Of a DNA stretch of 64,000 bases, positions 1 through 12,673 are shown piece by piece. The translations under genes and the position numbers were made by a program. The first letter of the stretch is position 1; every line of letters begins with the position of its first letter. The stretch spans positions 97,154,001-97,218,000 of the forward strand of contig NC_043003.1 in assembly GCF_006345805.1 (NCBI RefSeq). Reading direction: 5' to 3'. This DNA comes from Octopus sinensis. Lineage: Eukaryota. The notes beneath the pieces were generated by a model. The model was not told where the DNA came from and searched no databases. It saw nothing but the letters and a program-made list of their open reading frames with translations.

Positions 1-580
1 ATGTCCCAGTGAAAACCTCAATAAAATGTAAACATAATAGGCCTGACATAGTAATTTGGGTCACAGAATAGAAACTGTGTACAGTTGTGAAAATCAGCTG
101 CCCGGTGAATGTTAACATAAAGATAAAGATAAGCGAAAAAGAAAATATCTACCCTGAATTATTGAAGAATCTAAAGCTACTTTACCCAGATTACGAGTTC
201 AGGTTTATACCTGTAATTATTGGAGTCATGGGATAAATACCAATCTTGAGAAATACCACTGCCTAAATACCAATCTTGAGAAATTAGGCTTCTCAGAACC
301 AGAACGGAGAAAGTTGATTCGAAGACTACAGATCCAGTGGAACTGTAAAAGTCTGTAAAACTTTCCAGAAGTTTATCATTTAAGTATATATGAGCATGCC
401 TAAACATGAAACTACATACATGAGAATACATGCATAAAGCAAAAATAGAATTCTGCACGTATACATACATACATACATACATACATACAAAAATACTTTG
501 TTGATGTTCTTGAAATTCCAATGAAAGAGCTTTGGATCTGGGTTTGAAACCGGCTCTTTATCTATTGGTAAAATCACTTG

Positions 581-600
<20 letters not shown>
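1..600 (+). mobile_element. 3' fragment of an RLE-type (R2/R4/NeSL-like) non-LTR retrotransposon: endonuclease domain plus 3' UTR
   Basis: Frame 3 reads KCKHNRPDIVIW..*KLCTVVKISCP..KEN.YPELLKNLKLLYPDYEFRFIPVIIG, a PD-(D/E)xK-like RLE with stops. The 3' UTR has an internal (TACA)n and is shared with the copy at 8925-9345. Confidence 0.8.
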
Positions 601-1226
<626 letters not shown>

Positions 1227-1588
1227 TCAGCCCCAACAAAGACCCTACACTCTTTTGCACAAATGCGGTAACGATGGGCACCTCTTACAGCAAGTATTCT
1301 GAGAATTATCACCCATGCTTGCACATGCATTCATTTCATCGTGGAATTTTTTATGGAGCGTTTTTCTTTTCTTTCTTTTTTCGGCTACGGAAGCCATTTC
1401 ATACAATATTTAATAGAGATGTTCAAAATCAAGCGAAGTTTGAGTCTGAAGCTTTTTTTAAAGTGAGTAAAGGACTAGAAAAGAAGCAATCTCATCCTCT
1501 AAACAACGTATATGTAAATATATATGTATATTTCACTTCATATATTATATATATATATTTATTTAAGCAGCAGAAAATTCAACAAAAT

Positions 1589-1626
1589 CTGTTACTCTGA
1601 GTTTCTCGTTGCCGTTCATCAGACAG
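1589..1626 (-). ncRNA. Type I hammerhead ribozyme motif (mirror copy in the left palindrome arm)
   Basis: Exact reverse complement of 1643-1680. Confidence 0.7.
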
Positions 1627-1642
1627 TTTTTGCTAGCAAAAA

Positions 1643-1680
1643 CTGTCTGATGAACGGCAACGAGAAACTCAGAGTAACAG
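1643..1680 (+). ncRNA. Type I hammerhead ribozyme motif
   Basis: CUGU-CUGAUGA-ACGGCAACGA-GAAAC-UCAGA-GUA-ACAG: intact core, stem I CUGU/ACAG, stem III ACUC-A-GAGU. Stem II is weak (CG-GCAA-CG with an A.A closing mismatch). Confidence 0.7.
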
Positions 1681-1889
1681 ATTTGTTGAATTTTCTGCTG
1701 CTTAAAATAAAGCATATTACTCTACCACTGGTATTTGAGTACTCTTTTTTCCACCTTGTTTCACATTTATGTGTTTACTCCGGTATATATATATATAGAT
1801 ATATATATTATTTATATTAAATCTTATATTATTTATATTTTTAAATTACATATATTTACTTTTTTAAAAAGTTTTTGTCATGTATGTAT

Positions 1890-3330
1890 GAGATGCTCCG
1901 CGCCGGCCACTGGAATATTTAATCACTCTATGGAGCGTTTGAGTGTCGGTTTGGTATCTGACACAGGATAGCCTACCTCATGGGCAGGTAGAAGCTCTTT
2001 AATCTTGGTTGGTAATCTACCTAGGAGAAGGAAATCTCCAATATAAACCTTGCGGCCTAGGAAGTTCCCGGTTTGGTCAATTCTCATGTCACACCGGCGA
2101 AATTTGGGGGGGGGGCAATAGGTGAAGGCATGGTAGTGCAATCTACACCCACTGAAAATTATTCATCTGCACAGGTACTTCTTGTACACCAAATCTTAGT
2201 AAAATCACTGAATTAGTTGGCAGAAACCTAAAAATGCACTTGCAACTTACTCAGAAATGTTTCAAACAGATTCAGTAAATGGCAAAAAAAGCTTAGGAAC
2301 GTCAGGGGAAAAGGGTTGACTCGGCAGGTGTCCCAGTCTGTCATCCTGCCACTGTGGTCAAACAATCTTCAAGAAGGAGAAAATATAGATACCCTCTGAA
2401 TTTTGTTTGTTGGAATGTGCGCACTCTTCTAAATGATGATTTCTACAAGAGGCCAGAAATGTTTATTGCAGGTGAGCTTTAAAATATTTCTTTGATATAG
2501 CTGTGCTCTCTAAAACTCGTCTCTCTAGTGAGGGTCAAATAAATGAACCTACTTATGGATATATTATCTTGTGGAGAGGCCTACCTGAGGGTCAGCGTAG
2601 AGAATCTGGTGTTGGGTTTGCTCTCAAGAACTCAATATCCTCCGTTGCAGAATTTCCAAGTGGTATATCTGAACGAACCACGTCATGCCGTATAAAACTG
2701 ACAAAAAATAGGTTTCTTACCGTTGTCAGTATTTATGCACCAACAATGTTTCATTCTGATGTAACTGTAGGACAGTTTTAGGATGACCTAGTACAATTAT
2801 TGAGGAAAGTACCAATTTCTGACAAGCTGGTGATATTGGGAGATTCCAACGAAAGAGTTGGAAATGACTACATTTCATGGCCTGTTGTAGGCCGACCTGG
2901 GATTGGAAATGTAATAAAAATGGGGTATCTTTTTTGATATTTTGTACTGAGAATAATCTGGTTGTTACCAACACTCTGTTTAAGCAGAAAATTAAATATA
3001 AAACCACCTGGATGCACCCAAGATCTAAGCATTGGCATCTCATAGGTTATATTTTTGATCATAAGGCGTGATATGAAAGATGTTTCTAGTATTCAGGCCA
3101 AGAGAGGAGCAGAGAGCTGGACTGACCATCGTCTAGTGCGTAGAAAAATAAATTTTTCGATAATGCCTAAAAGTCGACAGTCTGGTGCTAAGGTACCCAA
3201 AAAGTTAAATGTTGCAAACTTCAAATCACCAAGCGACTTGCGAAGATTCCACAATAGATAGTATCAATCTATGGGAAGATTTCAAAGCAAAAGTATTTCA
3301 GGCTGCAAGTTCTTCAGCGGAATTTAAATA
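1890..3330 (+). mobile_element. RTE-clade LINE 5' portion (5' UTR plus APE endonuclease), degenerate
   Basis: APE motifs CWNVRTLL, KTRL, RESGVGFAL, SIYAPT, ILGDSN, LVVTNTLF, TTWMHPRSKHWHLI and SWTDHRLV across three frameshifted ORFs (2503-3261). The 5' boundary is approximate. Confidence 0.9.
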
Positions 3331-3532
3331 TTGTAAGTCCAGTGACTAGTTTTCAGACAAATCTCCAGAAATTCATGATTTACTTTTAGAGAAACAAAAC
3401 TTAGGCAAAACATACATACATATATACATACTTACATGCATACATATATGCATACATACTCTCGCACGTGCACACTCACACACTTATTGGTTCATCAATC
3501 AATTAATATCGCAAAAGAAAAATCGTAATACG

Positions 3533-3727
3533 ATAAAATATTTAAAAGGGTTTATTTAGATATCACTCATTTTTCTGTATTAGATATAAAAATATACTTA
3601 AAATGTAATATCTATCATTTCAATGACGATGAAATCATAGATATTTATTTTTTAAATATTTTTTAAATATCTATTATGGAACATTGAGTACGTGAATTAT
3701 CTAAATAAATCCTTTTAAATATTTTAT
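3533..3727. mobile_element. AT-rich foldback or MITE-like element with 30-bp inverted repeats
   Basis: ataaaatatttaaaagggtttatttagata (3533-3562) against tatctaaataaatccttttaaatattttat (3698-3727), one mismatch. There is also a nested inner hairpin. No TSD seen. Confidence 0.5.
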
Positions 3728-3784
3728 ATGCTTACACACACACACACACCAAACACACACACACACCACACACACACCACACAC

Positions 3785-3824
<40 letters not shown>

Positions 3825-3880
3825 CATTTATATATATTTGTATATCCATGATTTATGGACACACACATATACACACACAC

Positions 3881-3925
<45 letters not shown>

Positions 3926-4036
3926 TACATTTATACATACATACACAAACACATATGTGTATGTATATATATATATATACATATATATACATTTATGCAT
4001 ACATACACAAACATACATATGTATATATATATATAT

Positions 4037-4159
<123 letters not shown>

Positions 4160-5428
4160 TCCGGTTGGTGCAAAAGTAATAGCCGATTTTAAGGACTCTA
4201 TTAAAAATGAAAAAGCCCATGATTAAAACATTTATTCGTTAACATAATTTCCATTGCTTTCTAGAACTTCATGCTATTTGTTAACAAGCTTATAAACGTC
4301 ACGCTTGTAAAACTGTTTAGGTTTTGATGCGAAATGTGAACCTAACTCATGTTCAACCTCTTCTCTTGATGTCAAGCTAAGACCATTCAAATGGTTCTGT
4401 AGTCCCCGAGACAAGTGATAATCAGGAAGAACATGGTCTGGAGAATATGGAGAATGAAGCAATATTTCCCAACCAAACTTTCCCAAGAGATCTATGGTCA
4501 GTCGAGCTGTATGAGGACGAGCGTTATCATGGTGGAAAATGACACCCATTTTGTTGACTAAGCAGGATCGCTTTCTGTTCAAAGCAGTTCTCAAACTATG
4601 AAGTTGATCACAGTAGAGATTAACAGTAATTGTTCAATTGTTGTCTAATAATTTGTAATGGACAATTCCTTCAGCATCCCACCATACACTCAACATGATC
4701 TTCCTTGAATGAAGTCCTCCTCTTGATTGTTCAACAGGTCTTCCTCCTCGACTGATCCACGATCGGCAGTGTTTAACGTTATGGTAAATGATCCACCGCT
4801 CATCACCTGTAACAAGCCTTCCTAAAAATGGTTTCTTAAGGCGTCTTGAAAGCAATGACTGACAACAAACAACACACTGTTGCAGATTCTCTGGAGACAG
4901 TTCGTGTGGGACCCAATTTTCAACCACTGAAACGTTTCTGATCCTTTTCAGTTGGTGTAGAACAGTTGCATGGGCTACGTTAAACTGTTCTGCAAGTTCT
5001 CTACAAATAGCGGTTGGATTTTTTGTGACAACAGCTTCCAACGCTTCGGAATCAAGTTGTTTTGAACGACCTTCTTTTGGCTCGTCTTTCAAACTCAAAT
5101 CCCCACTTCTGAAGCGAGGAAGCCATCTCCTACAATTTTCACTCACTACATCCTCCCCATAAACTCTCTGAAGAGACTTTGCTGCTATGCTTACATTGAT
5201 ACCTTTATGAAACTCATAGAATAAGATATGTCTAATATGATCTTTAGATGGGACAAACGTGGCTGCGAATATAGCAGAAGATTATGCCCAATACAATCAA
5301 AATTTAAAGAAAAAATGTATAAATTACTAATTGTGACATTCTTAAAACATTGTAAGAGGCACAATTTTAAAAAATACTATCTGAAACTATTTTCTAAAAC
5401 ATCGGTCATAATCTTTGCACCAACCTGA
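4160..5428 (-). mobile_element. Full-length (~1.27 kb) degenerate mariner transposon with Hsmar1-like TIRs
   Basis: TIRs TCCGGTTGGTGCAAAAGTAATAGCCGATTTT and (reverse complement) TCAGGTTGGTGCAAAGATTATGACCGATGTTTT, with TA on both sides. Transposase motifs WVPHEL, VTGDERW, HDNARPH and HSPYSPD, split by frameshifts. Confidence 0.95.
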
Positions 5429-5430
5429 TA

Positions 5431-6020
5431 TTGGTAAATAGTTTTTTTCACTTATCGATAGACATTTTCCAATACATCTTAAATATAGTAAACTCTTTAA
5501 TAGACATAACCTATAAATTAGTCTTAGTTCAACCCCAAATTTTAAAAACATAATTATACACAATGCAACACAACACGAAGCCGGCTGTTCCTACAGGGAT
5601 AAATACTTGTGCCCACTAAACAGAGCTTGTATAAGCGAGGCCATTATTTATGAAGCCACCGTAAATTCTACGGCTAATAACACAGCTTCGTCAAAGAGTT
5701 ATGTGGTTTTCACGGAGGGAAAATTCAAAGCAAGGTTCAACAATCACACCTTAAGCTTCACACACTGGGATAAACGAAAAACTACCAAATTATCCAGTCT
5801 TATATGGTTCTTCAAGGAACAAGGTGTCAGCTATAGAATTTACTGGAAGATCTTGGCCAGGTGTAAACCTTATACCAACGGTAGTGGCAAGTGCTGTCTT
5901 TGTAATATGGAAATATGGTTCATCTGGAAAAGTTCCTTTGACCCCGCTACATGTCTAAATTCAAGAACTGAACTTTTTGGAGACATGTCCATATTTGACA
6001 AAATACCTGTTATGGTTTTG
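5431..6020 (+). mobile_element. Penelope-like element 3' fragment (linker plus GIY-YIG endonuclease, possibly Naiad-type)
   Basis: IGK*FFSLIDRHFP..KLFNRHN..CPLNRAC..IIYEA..SYVVFTEGKFKARFNNH..T.LSSLIW..W.IL..C.LC..LNSRTEL. The clade assignment is from recall. Confidence 0.85.
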
Positions 6021-7066
6021 TGTCCCTCAACATCATGGATAGAATCTGCGTTTTTACTATGTTCCTGCACAAACTTTCCATATGTCTTAACATCTTTAAA
6101 ATTTATATATATATATATATTTTCATTTTTCCTTTTTAATTGTGTGAATGTGTACGCGTGTGAGTATATGTATATGTATGTATATATTTTTTATATGTAT
6201 ATGTCTGTGCGTGTGTATATATATGTATATATATGTATGCATATATGTATGTATATGAGGGTAAGACTTGTCCGCTGTATAAGTGCGACTTTCATGTACA
6301 CGTCCCCCTCTCTGCCACGCGTTCCTTCCCTCGCTCTCCCTCGCTCCCTCATTCACTCCCTCTCCCTCCCTCCTCTCTCTCGCTTCCTCTCTCTTTCCTC
6401 TACTAATAATGTACTAAACACCATTTTAGTCCCAATAACAATAACCGACGCCTAACACCGAACTCCACTGTCTCTGTGAATATTGCAATGTGGTTCTTAT
6501 CGGAAAAAATACCCTTTAGCCTTGATAACCTTTATAACAACTGTAGGTTACAATGTTAGGTTTTATTTCAAACCGTACTAAAACATACCATAAACAACGT
6601 ACCTCTATCTTGTGAAAATATTTCATACATTGAAGCAACTTCAACATTTATAACATTTTATTATAGCATACATACTTTATGATAAAATAGATATTGCTGC
6701 GAAATATTCCGAGTGGTAAGTTGACGTTTTAAATGGAAATTCTGTGGGTTGACTTACATAATCAGTCGCGTTTTGTATTTGCAGTAGCTTATACTTTATA
6801 AATGTCCAATATCTTAAATGTATGTATGGATGTATTTATATATAATATAATATAAATTATCTTTATTGCTGAAAAAGAAGAAACTGCAGTCTGAGAATTT
6901 TACCGGTTTAGTAACTGTTTTATCCATCTTCATTTCACTTAATTTATCAAGCTTCTGTATTCCTAGCACATATTTCGCCTTAATGTACTGATATATGAAA
7001 AATATATGGCTTGTGTTAGTAATACCAGCGATTATAATTATTTTTATTTTATGCCAATTTGATTTG

Positions 7067-7111
<45 letters not shown>

Positions 7112-7112
7112 C

Positions 7113-7144
<32 letters not shown>

Positions 7145-7170
7145 TCTATATATATATATATTATATATAT

Positions 7171-7341
7171 AGGCCAGGAGTGGCTGTGTGCTAAGTACCT
7201 TGCTTACCAACCACATGGTTCCGGGTTCAGTCCCACAGCGTGGCACCTTGGGCAAGTGTCTTTTACTATAGCCTCGGACCGACCAAAGCCTTGTGAGTGG
7301 ATTTGGTAGACGGAAACTGAAAGACGCCCGTCGTATATATG

Positions 7342-7380
<39 letters not shown>

Positions 7381-7550
7381 TTGTGTGTTTGTGTGTTTGT
7401 GTTTGTCCCTCCCCCAACATCGCTTGACAACCGATGCTGGTGTGTTTACGTCCCTATAACTTAGCGGTTCGGCAAAAGAGACCGATAGAATAAGTACTAG
7501 GCTTACAAAGAATAAGTCCTGGGGTCGATTTGCTCGACTAAAGGCGGTGC
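7171..7550 (+). mobile_element. tRNA-derived SINE family A (3' end missing)
   Basis: Head aggagtggctgtgtg.taag...ggttcagtccc, internal (TA)n(TG)n, body shared with the copies at 25208 and 44846. Confidence 0.9.
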
Positions 7551-7676
7551 GTATGTCGTGTGTGTGTATATATGTTTGGACGTATGTGTATAAATGTATA
7601 TGGGTGTGTGGTGTGTGTAAATATATATCTAATATATATAATATATATATTATATATATATATATATATATTATAT

Positions 7677-7721
<45 letters not shown>

Positions 7722-7829
7722 ATAATATATATATATATATAATATTTATATTGTTATATTTCGGAATGGTCATTTTGCCAGTTTAGCCAATAAATATTTA
7801 AACGTAATATATATATATCTATATATATA

Positions 7830-8467
7830 CTAGCAGTATCGCCCGGCGTTGCTCGGGTTTGTAAGGGAAATAACTATATAAGCATTTTTAGAGAGTTATA
7901 GCAAAAAAATAGCAAAAGAATGCATTAAAAATGGAATAAAAAATTATGCTAATTTTTTTTTTAAATCGTTGACTTATCGTAGACATTTTTAGAGAGTTAC
8001 TTTTCCTTATATAATAGCGAAAAAATGCATTAAAATGGAAAAAATGATGGTAATTTTTTTTTAAAATCGTAGACTCATGTAGACGCTTTCTTAGCCATTT
8101 CTGTTTTGGTGTCTTCAAGCCATGAAGTCGTTGTTCTAAAAGAACGCTGGTCTCCTTGACAACGCATTACGACGTTGATTTATTTACACTCCCTTCCCCC
8201 CACAGGTGCAGGTGTGAGCGTGGACGCCAACTCCGCCGCCATCGACACACGAAAAATATGCTTAGAATGGAATATAAAATGATGTTAAAATTATTTTTAA
8301 AATCGTAGACTCATCGTAGACGCGCGCTAATACCCAGACGGCTTGATATGAATCACGACTATAAGATACCCGAATTTGGTTAAAATGCACCGCCAAATGT
8401 GGGAGTAGTTAGGAATCTAAATCGAAGGGAACAGACACTCACACAACTACAGTTTTATATATATAGA
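7830..8467 (-). mobile_element. Complete non-autonomous Helitron (638 bp)
   Basis: On the minus strand it starts A|TCTATATATATAAAA and ends CCCGAGCAACGCCGGG hairpin + ~9 nt + CTAG|T. It sits between A and T with no TSD and has three internal ~110-bp subrepeats. Confidence 0.85.
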
Positions 8468-8599
8468 TGTATAAGGATGAAAAGGAACACACGAGTATGG
8501 CTACAGTCAAATGACTTAAACCAGTAAAAGAGAGTAAAAGAGTATATATATATATATATATTATATATATATATATATATTATGTACGTATGTATGCTT

Positions 8600-8870
8600 G
8601 TCATCGCCACAAATGAAAGAAGCAGTAAAGAAGGGAGTCGATGCCTTTGAAAGAGCACGTATTCTTCATGAAGAATTTAAGTATGCTGCTCGAAAACGCA
8701 CTGCTAGTATAATGAATGGGGAAAGCTTGGTCTGCAATATTTGCAGTCATGTATGTTTGTCAAGAGCAGGTCTCGTTCGTTACCAACGGAGCTGCAAGTG
8801 TAAAGTATACAGTAGTCTTGAGCATAATGGTTTTCTTCGGTCACGAGTGGACGGCCATCGTCATTATGTA
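8600..8870 (+). mobile_element. RTE-clade LINE 3' end
   Basis: AVKKGVDAFERARI..RK..CNICSHVCLSRAGLV.YQRSC, a short 3' UTR and an (ATGT)n tail. Confidence 0.75.
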
Positions 8871-8924
8871 TGTATGTATCTATGGATGGATGGATGGATG
8901 GATGGATGGATGGATTCATGCATC

Positions 8925-9345
8925 TATGTATGTCATTATTCAGTTTTATTTCAAGATTTCTTGCCAATGAAGTGCCGGTTTCTTACCTAAATCCAAGGCT
9001 CCTTCATTAGAATTTCAACAACATGACAGGGTATTTTTGCATGTATGTATATGTGCAGCTTTGTATGTTTTGCTTTATGTATGTATTTTCATGCATATAG
9101 TTGCATATCTAGACATGCTCACATAAACGATAAATTTCTGAAAAGTTTTACAGGTTTTTACTGTAGTTTTCGAATCAGCTTTCTCCTTTCTGATTTTGAG
9201 AAGCCTAATTTCTCAAGATTGGTATTAAGGCAGTGTGTTACGTATCCCAGTACCTCAATAATTAAAGGTATAAACCTGAACTTGTAATCTGGATAGAGTA
9301 ACTGCAGATTTCTCAATAATTTACCATATATATGCACCTGAAACA
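8925..9345 (-). mobile_element. Second copy of the RLE-type LINE 3' end seen at 1-600
   Basis: YGKLLRNLQLLYPDYKFRFIPLIIEVLGYVTHCLNTNLEKLGF, with a matching 3' UTR. Confidence 0.85.
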
Positions 9346-9830
9346 TAAGTTCGATGAAATATACAAGTGGGCTAAGAAGAATACCATGCAGTTTAATACC
9401 GAAAAATTTTAAGCCCTATGCTATCAGTATGCAAAACTAAATGCAATACCAATTAAATACACAGGACCTGAAGGGATTACAATTCCATAGAAACAGTGAG
9501 TGTGAGACCTGGACATTTACATGAGCAATGATGCATCCTTCCATGTGCATGTTGCTAAGTTGGCAAGGAAATGCAGGCTGCTGACCGGATCGATTCTTAG
9601 AACTTTTAAAACGAGAGATCAGAAAACCATGATGATCCTCTTGGGGACATTTATCCTAAGCCGCTTTCGCTACTACTCCCAGCTACGGTCACCAACCAGC
9701 ATAAAATTGATTGCAGAACTTGAGGCAATTCAACAAAAATAGCCTCTGTGCAGCAGAGAAGTTACTCCCTGGAAAGATATACCGTAATATACATCTGGAA
9801 GATCCTGAAGGGACTTGTCCCAAACCTTGA
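9345..9830 (+). mobile_element. CR1/L2-type LINE fragment (RT C-terminal region)
   Basis: YKWAKKNTMQFN.EKF; RDLDIYMSNDASFHVH..ILRTFKTR..ILSR..YYSQL.SP..ELEAIQ. Confidence 0.85.
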
Positions 9831-10372
9831 TGCTACTTGTACGATCTGTGTATGGATGCGTGGATAGATGAAGTGTCAGCAACCAATACGCCAGAAAAAA
9901 AAATAATGCTTGTCAAAATGACAGCTGTTCACACCCTAGAGTCAACGGAATGTTCTCCTAATCGTAAAAGAGAAATATTGATCTTTAATAACCTTTATAT
10001 GGCAGTAGCTTAGAGCTTAGTTTCTTGTTCATCTCATATTAAAATGTATTAAAGCGAGTGCATCTGTTAAAACAATTCCCATAAATTGATCAAACTCAAC
10101 TTATGTGATCTATCGCTGTGAAATATCGCCGGGTTGTTTTATACAGAGAATAAAACACAAGGCCTACATTGTAGAAATATGTGTGTGTGCGACCGCGCGT
10201 GCGCATGTGTGCTTCTGTGCGTATGTCGTGGGTGTGTATATATATATATATGTTTGGACGTATGTGAATAAATGTATATTCGTGTGTCTATGCTTGTGTG
10301 TGTGTAAATATTTCTATACATATATATATATATTTGCATGTACGTATATATATATATATATATATATTTGTA

Positions 10373-10421
<49 letters not shown>

Positions 10422-10757
10422 ATATACATATATATGCATATACAATATATATATATATATGTATATATATATACACATGTGTATGCACATATGTATACGC
10501 TTGCATATATTAAGCAGATTACCTGTATGAGAAGCTTCAGGCAAAACTTGAAATTTGCAGTCATCCCAAATATATATAATATGAATAAAAAATTTGTCTC
10601 TACTAAAGTATCGTTTGTAAGTTAACTTAAAAAATGATGTGTCACAGGTAAAGCAGTACTGTTTCCTGACCAGACTATCAGCAGCTTAACCAGTAACACC
10701 ATTGTAGGATCTCAATCATGCAGGATTACAAGGAGTTACTGTCAGCCTTTTCCAACC

Positions 10758-10809
<52 letters not shown>

Positions 10810-10859
10810 TGTGCTTGGACGTATGTGCATACATATATATGGGTGTGTCTATGCGTGTG

Positions 10860-11045
10860 TGTGTCTAAACTACACATTCTTTATTTTTTCTCCCTGTTTC
10901 TTTCTGTGTTCCTTTCTGTGGAAGAGCGTAAGCTCGAAACGTTAAAGACTTTTTTTCATTTCCTGAGCGTTAAACTAATACATCTGTTTGTTGTCTACAC
11001 CATCTGTCTTCGTATTCTGTTTTTTTTGTGTGTGAATTCTCCCCA
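10860..11045 (+). mobile_element. Penelope-like pseudo-LTR remnant in TG/TA microsatellite
   Basis: Homologous to the minus-strand segment at ~37190-37360. Carries a hammerhead-like motif. Confidence 0.65.
10912..10947 (+). ncRNA. Minimal type I hammerhead-like motif, variant core
   Basis: CUUU-CUGUGGA-A-GAGC(GUAA)GCUC-GAAAC-GUU-AAAG. A6 is replaced by U and there is an extra A before stem II. Confidence 0.5.
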
Positions 11046-11397
11046 TGTATGTGTATATGTGTATATACACTTGTGCATATATACATGTGTATATGTGTAT
11101 ATGTATATATTAGAAAGCTAGGAATTCCGTTTGAATCTTTCGTAGCTTCGATGTAAATAACACCATGTGATCTGTGTTAACCAATAGCAGTCCAAGTTAG
11201 GTTCTACGGACAAGACTACGAGAAGTTGAATGGAGCCGAATTAAAATGTTATTGAATAGGGCTGTGTCTCAGAAACGACACGGTAAACACTTCCTATTTC
11301 CTGAGCATCAAACAAATTTTTTCCTCGTGAAATTGAAAGATTTTGTTGATTTTTTAGTGTTATCTTTTCTTATATATTTTTTGCCCTTTCCCTCTTT

Positions 11398-11452
<55 letters not shown>

Positions 11453-11571
11453 GTGTGTGTTTCTGTATGTTTACGTGTGTATGAGTATTATCAGATGTGT
11501 GTTCGCGTGTGAGTGCGTAATTCTACGGGTTTCTGATTTTGAGATGTGGCCAGCAATTTTGATGGGCATTG

Positions 11572-11645
11572 GATATCGACCTGGAAAGGACGGAAAGTAA
11601 AGTTGACTTCAGGAGAATTTGAACTCAGAATCGGAAGAAATACTA
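11572..11645 (-). mobile_element. SINE family B fragment
   Basis: cgacc.ggaaagga..aaagtaaagttgac...ggagaatttgaactcagaa matches the family B body. Confidence 0.7.
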
Positions 11646-11721
11646 ATAAAAATTTCTTACTACTCTCGATCCAGCGTCCTCAATTTATCTATCAATAAAC
11701 ACCATTGTTGTTTATATTGAC

Positions 11722-11738
11722 TAGTAGTAGTAGTAGTG

Positions 11739-11785
<47 letters not shown>

Positions 11786-11893
11786 TGTAGCAGCAGCAGG
11801 AGTAATAGTAGCAGAAGCAGGAGTAGTAGTAGCAGAAGACGAAGAAGAAGAAGAAGAAGAAGAAGAAGAAGAAGAAGAAGAAGAAGAAGAAGA
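11722..11893. repeat. Compound (TAG)n-(GAA)n microsatellite
   Basis: Seen directly. Confidence 0.95.
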
Positions 11894-12346
11894 ATTACAT
11901 TATAATTATAAATTGCTTTATATATATAAATATATAAATATGTTTATGTAACGATATACCTATAGATACATACATACTTATATATGTATGTATGCATGTA
12001 TTTATGTAGGTATGTATGTATGTATGCATGTTTGTATGTATGTATGTATGTATGTATGTATGACGAAGGCTATTGTTGCATTATTTAGTAACTATCAAAG
12101 AAGCCTCAAAAGAATGCGCCAGTCTGACCTCAAACGTATTTAAATCAAGATGAATGATTTATTCACGCGTTCATTCCTTTAAGCGTCGGTAATAGAAGCA
12201 AACTTTTTTGGTTTCGTATATATTGTAGTTAAATCAATACCATATCCTTTTAAATGAAAGATACTTTCTTTATTTGCCGCCTTTAAGGAAATAATAGACC
12301 ATTCAATCTTAGTGCCTTGAGTGGCTTCTATACCCCTGTTTTTTAT

Positions 12347-12377
<31 letters not shown>

Positions 12378-12638
12378 AAATAATTTAATAAATAAAACAT
12401 GCATACATACATACATATATGTACATACCTACATTTATATGTATATATACATGCATATATGCATATATGAGTACAGGACACCACAAATAAACGTAGAACA
12501 CAACGAGAAACGAAAACAAAATCAAACAAGGAAACGGACTTTTTTTAACAACGAAAAAACAGAGTACAAGACAAACAATGCAAGGAAAATACCCCTTCTT
12601 CAGCTGCCCCTGTTTCGACTCAATGCGTGTTTCGAAGA

Positions 12639-12673
<35 letters not shown>

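Larger units (their letters stand above)
1558..1710. repeat. ~153-bp spacerless palindrome in a Penelope-like pseudo-LTR remnant (remnant extends to ~1785)
   Basis: Centre GCTAGC at 1632-1637. The arms differ by one homopolymer base. (TA)n lies at both outer ends. Confidence 0.9.

Noticed and set aside
1960-2060. HDV-like ribozyme in the RTE 5' UTR
   Set aside because: A P3/L3-like hairpin (GCCU-ACCUCAU-GGGC) and other stems exist, but I could not assemble P1, P1.1, P2 and a catalytic C in the right order.
5607-6455. Longest ORF (282 aa) as an intact gene
   Set aside because: Only the first ~125 aa are GIY-YIG. A frameshift then runs the frame into 3' UTR and microsatellite.
6660-6720. Possible hammerhead in the 3' region of the 5431 PLE
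   Set aside because: Too degenerate (UUAUGA core, no convincing stems).
12560-12640. CUGAAGA and two GAAAC motifs on the minus strand
   Set aside because: The order and helices fit no type I, II or III hammerhead. It is probably a truncated PLE-like remnant.
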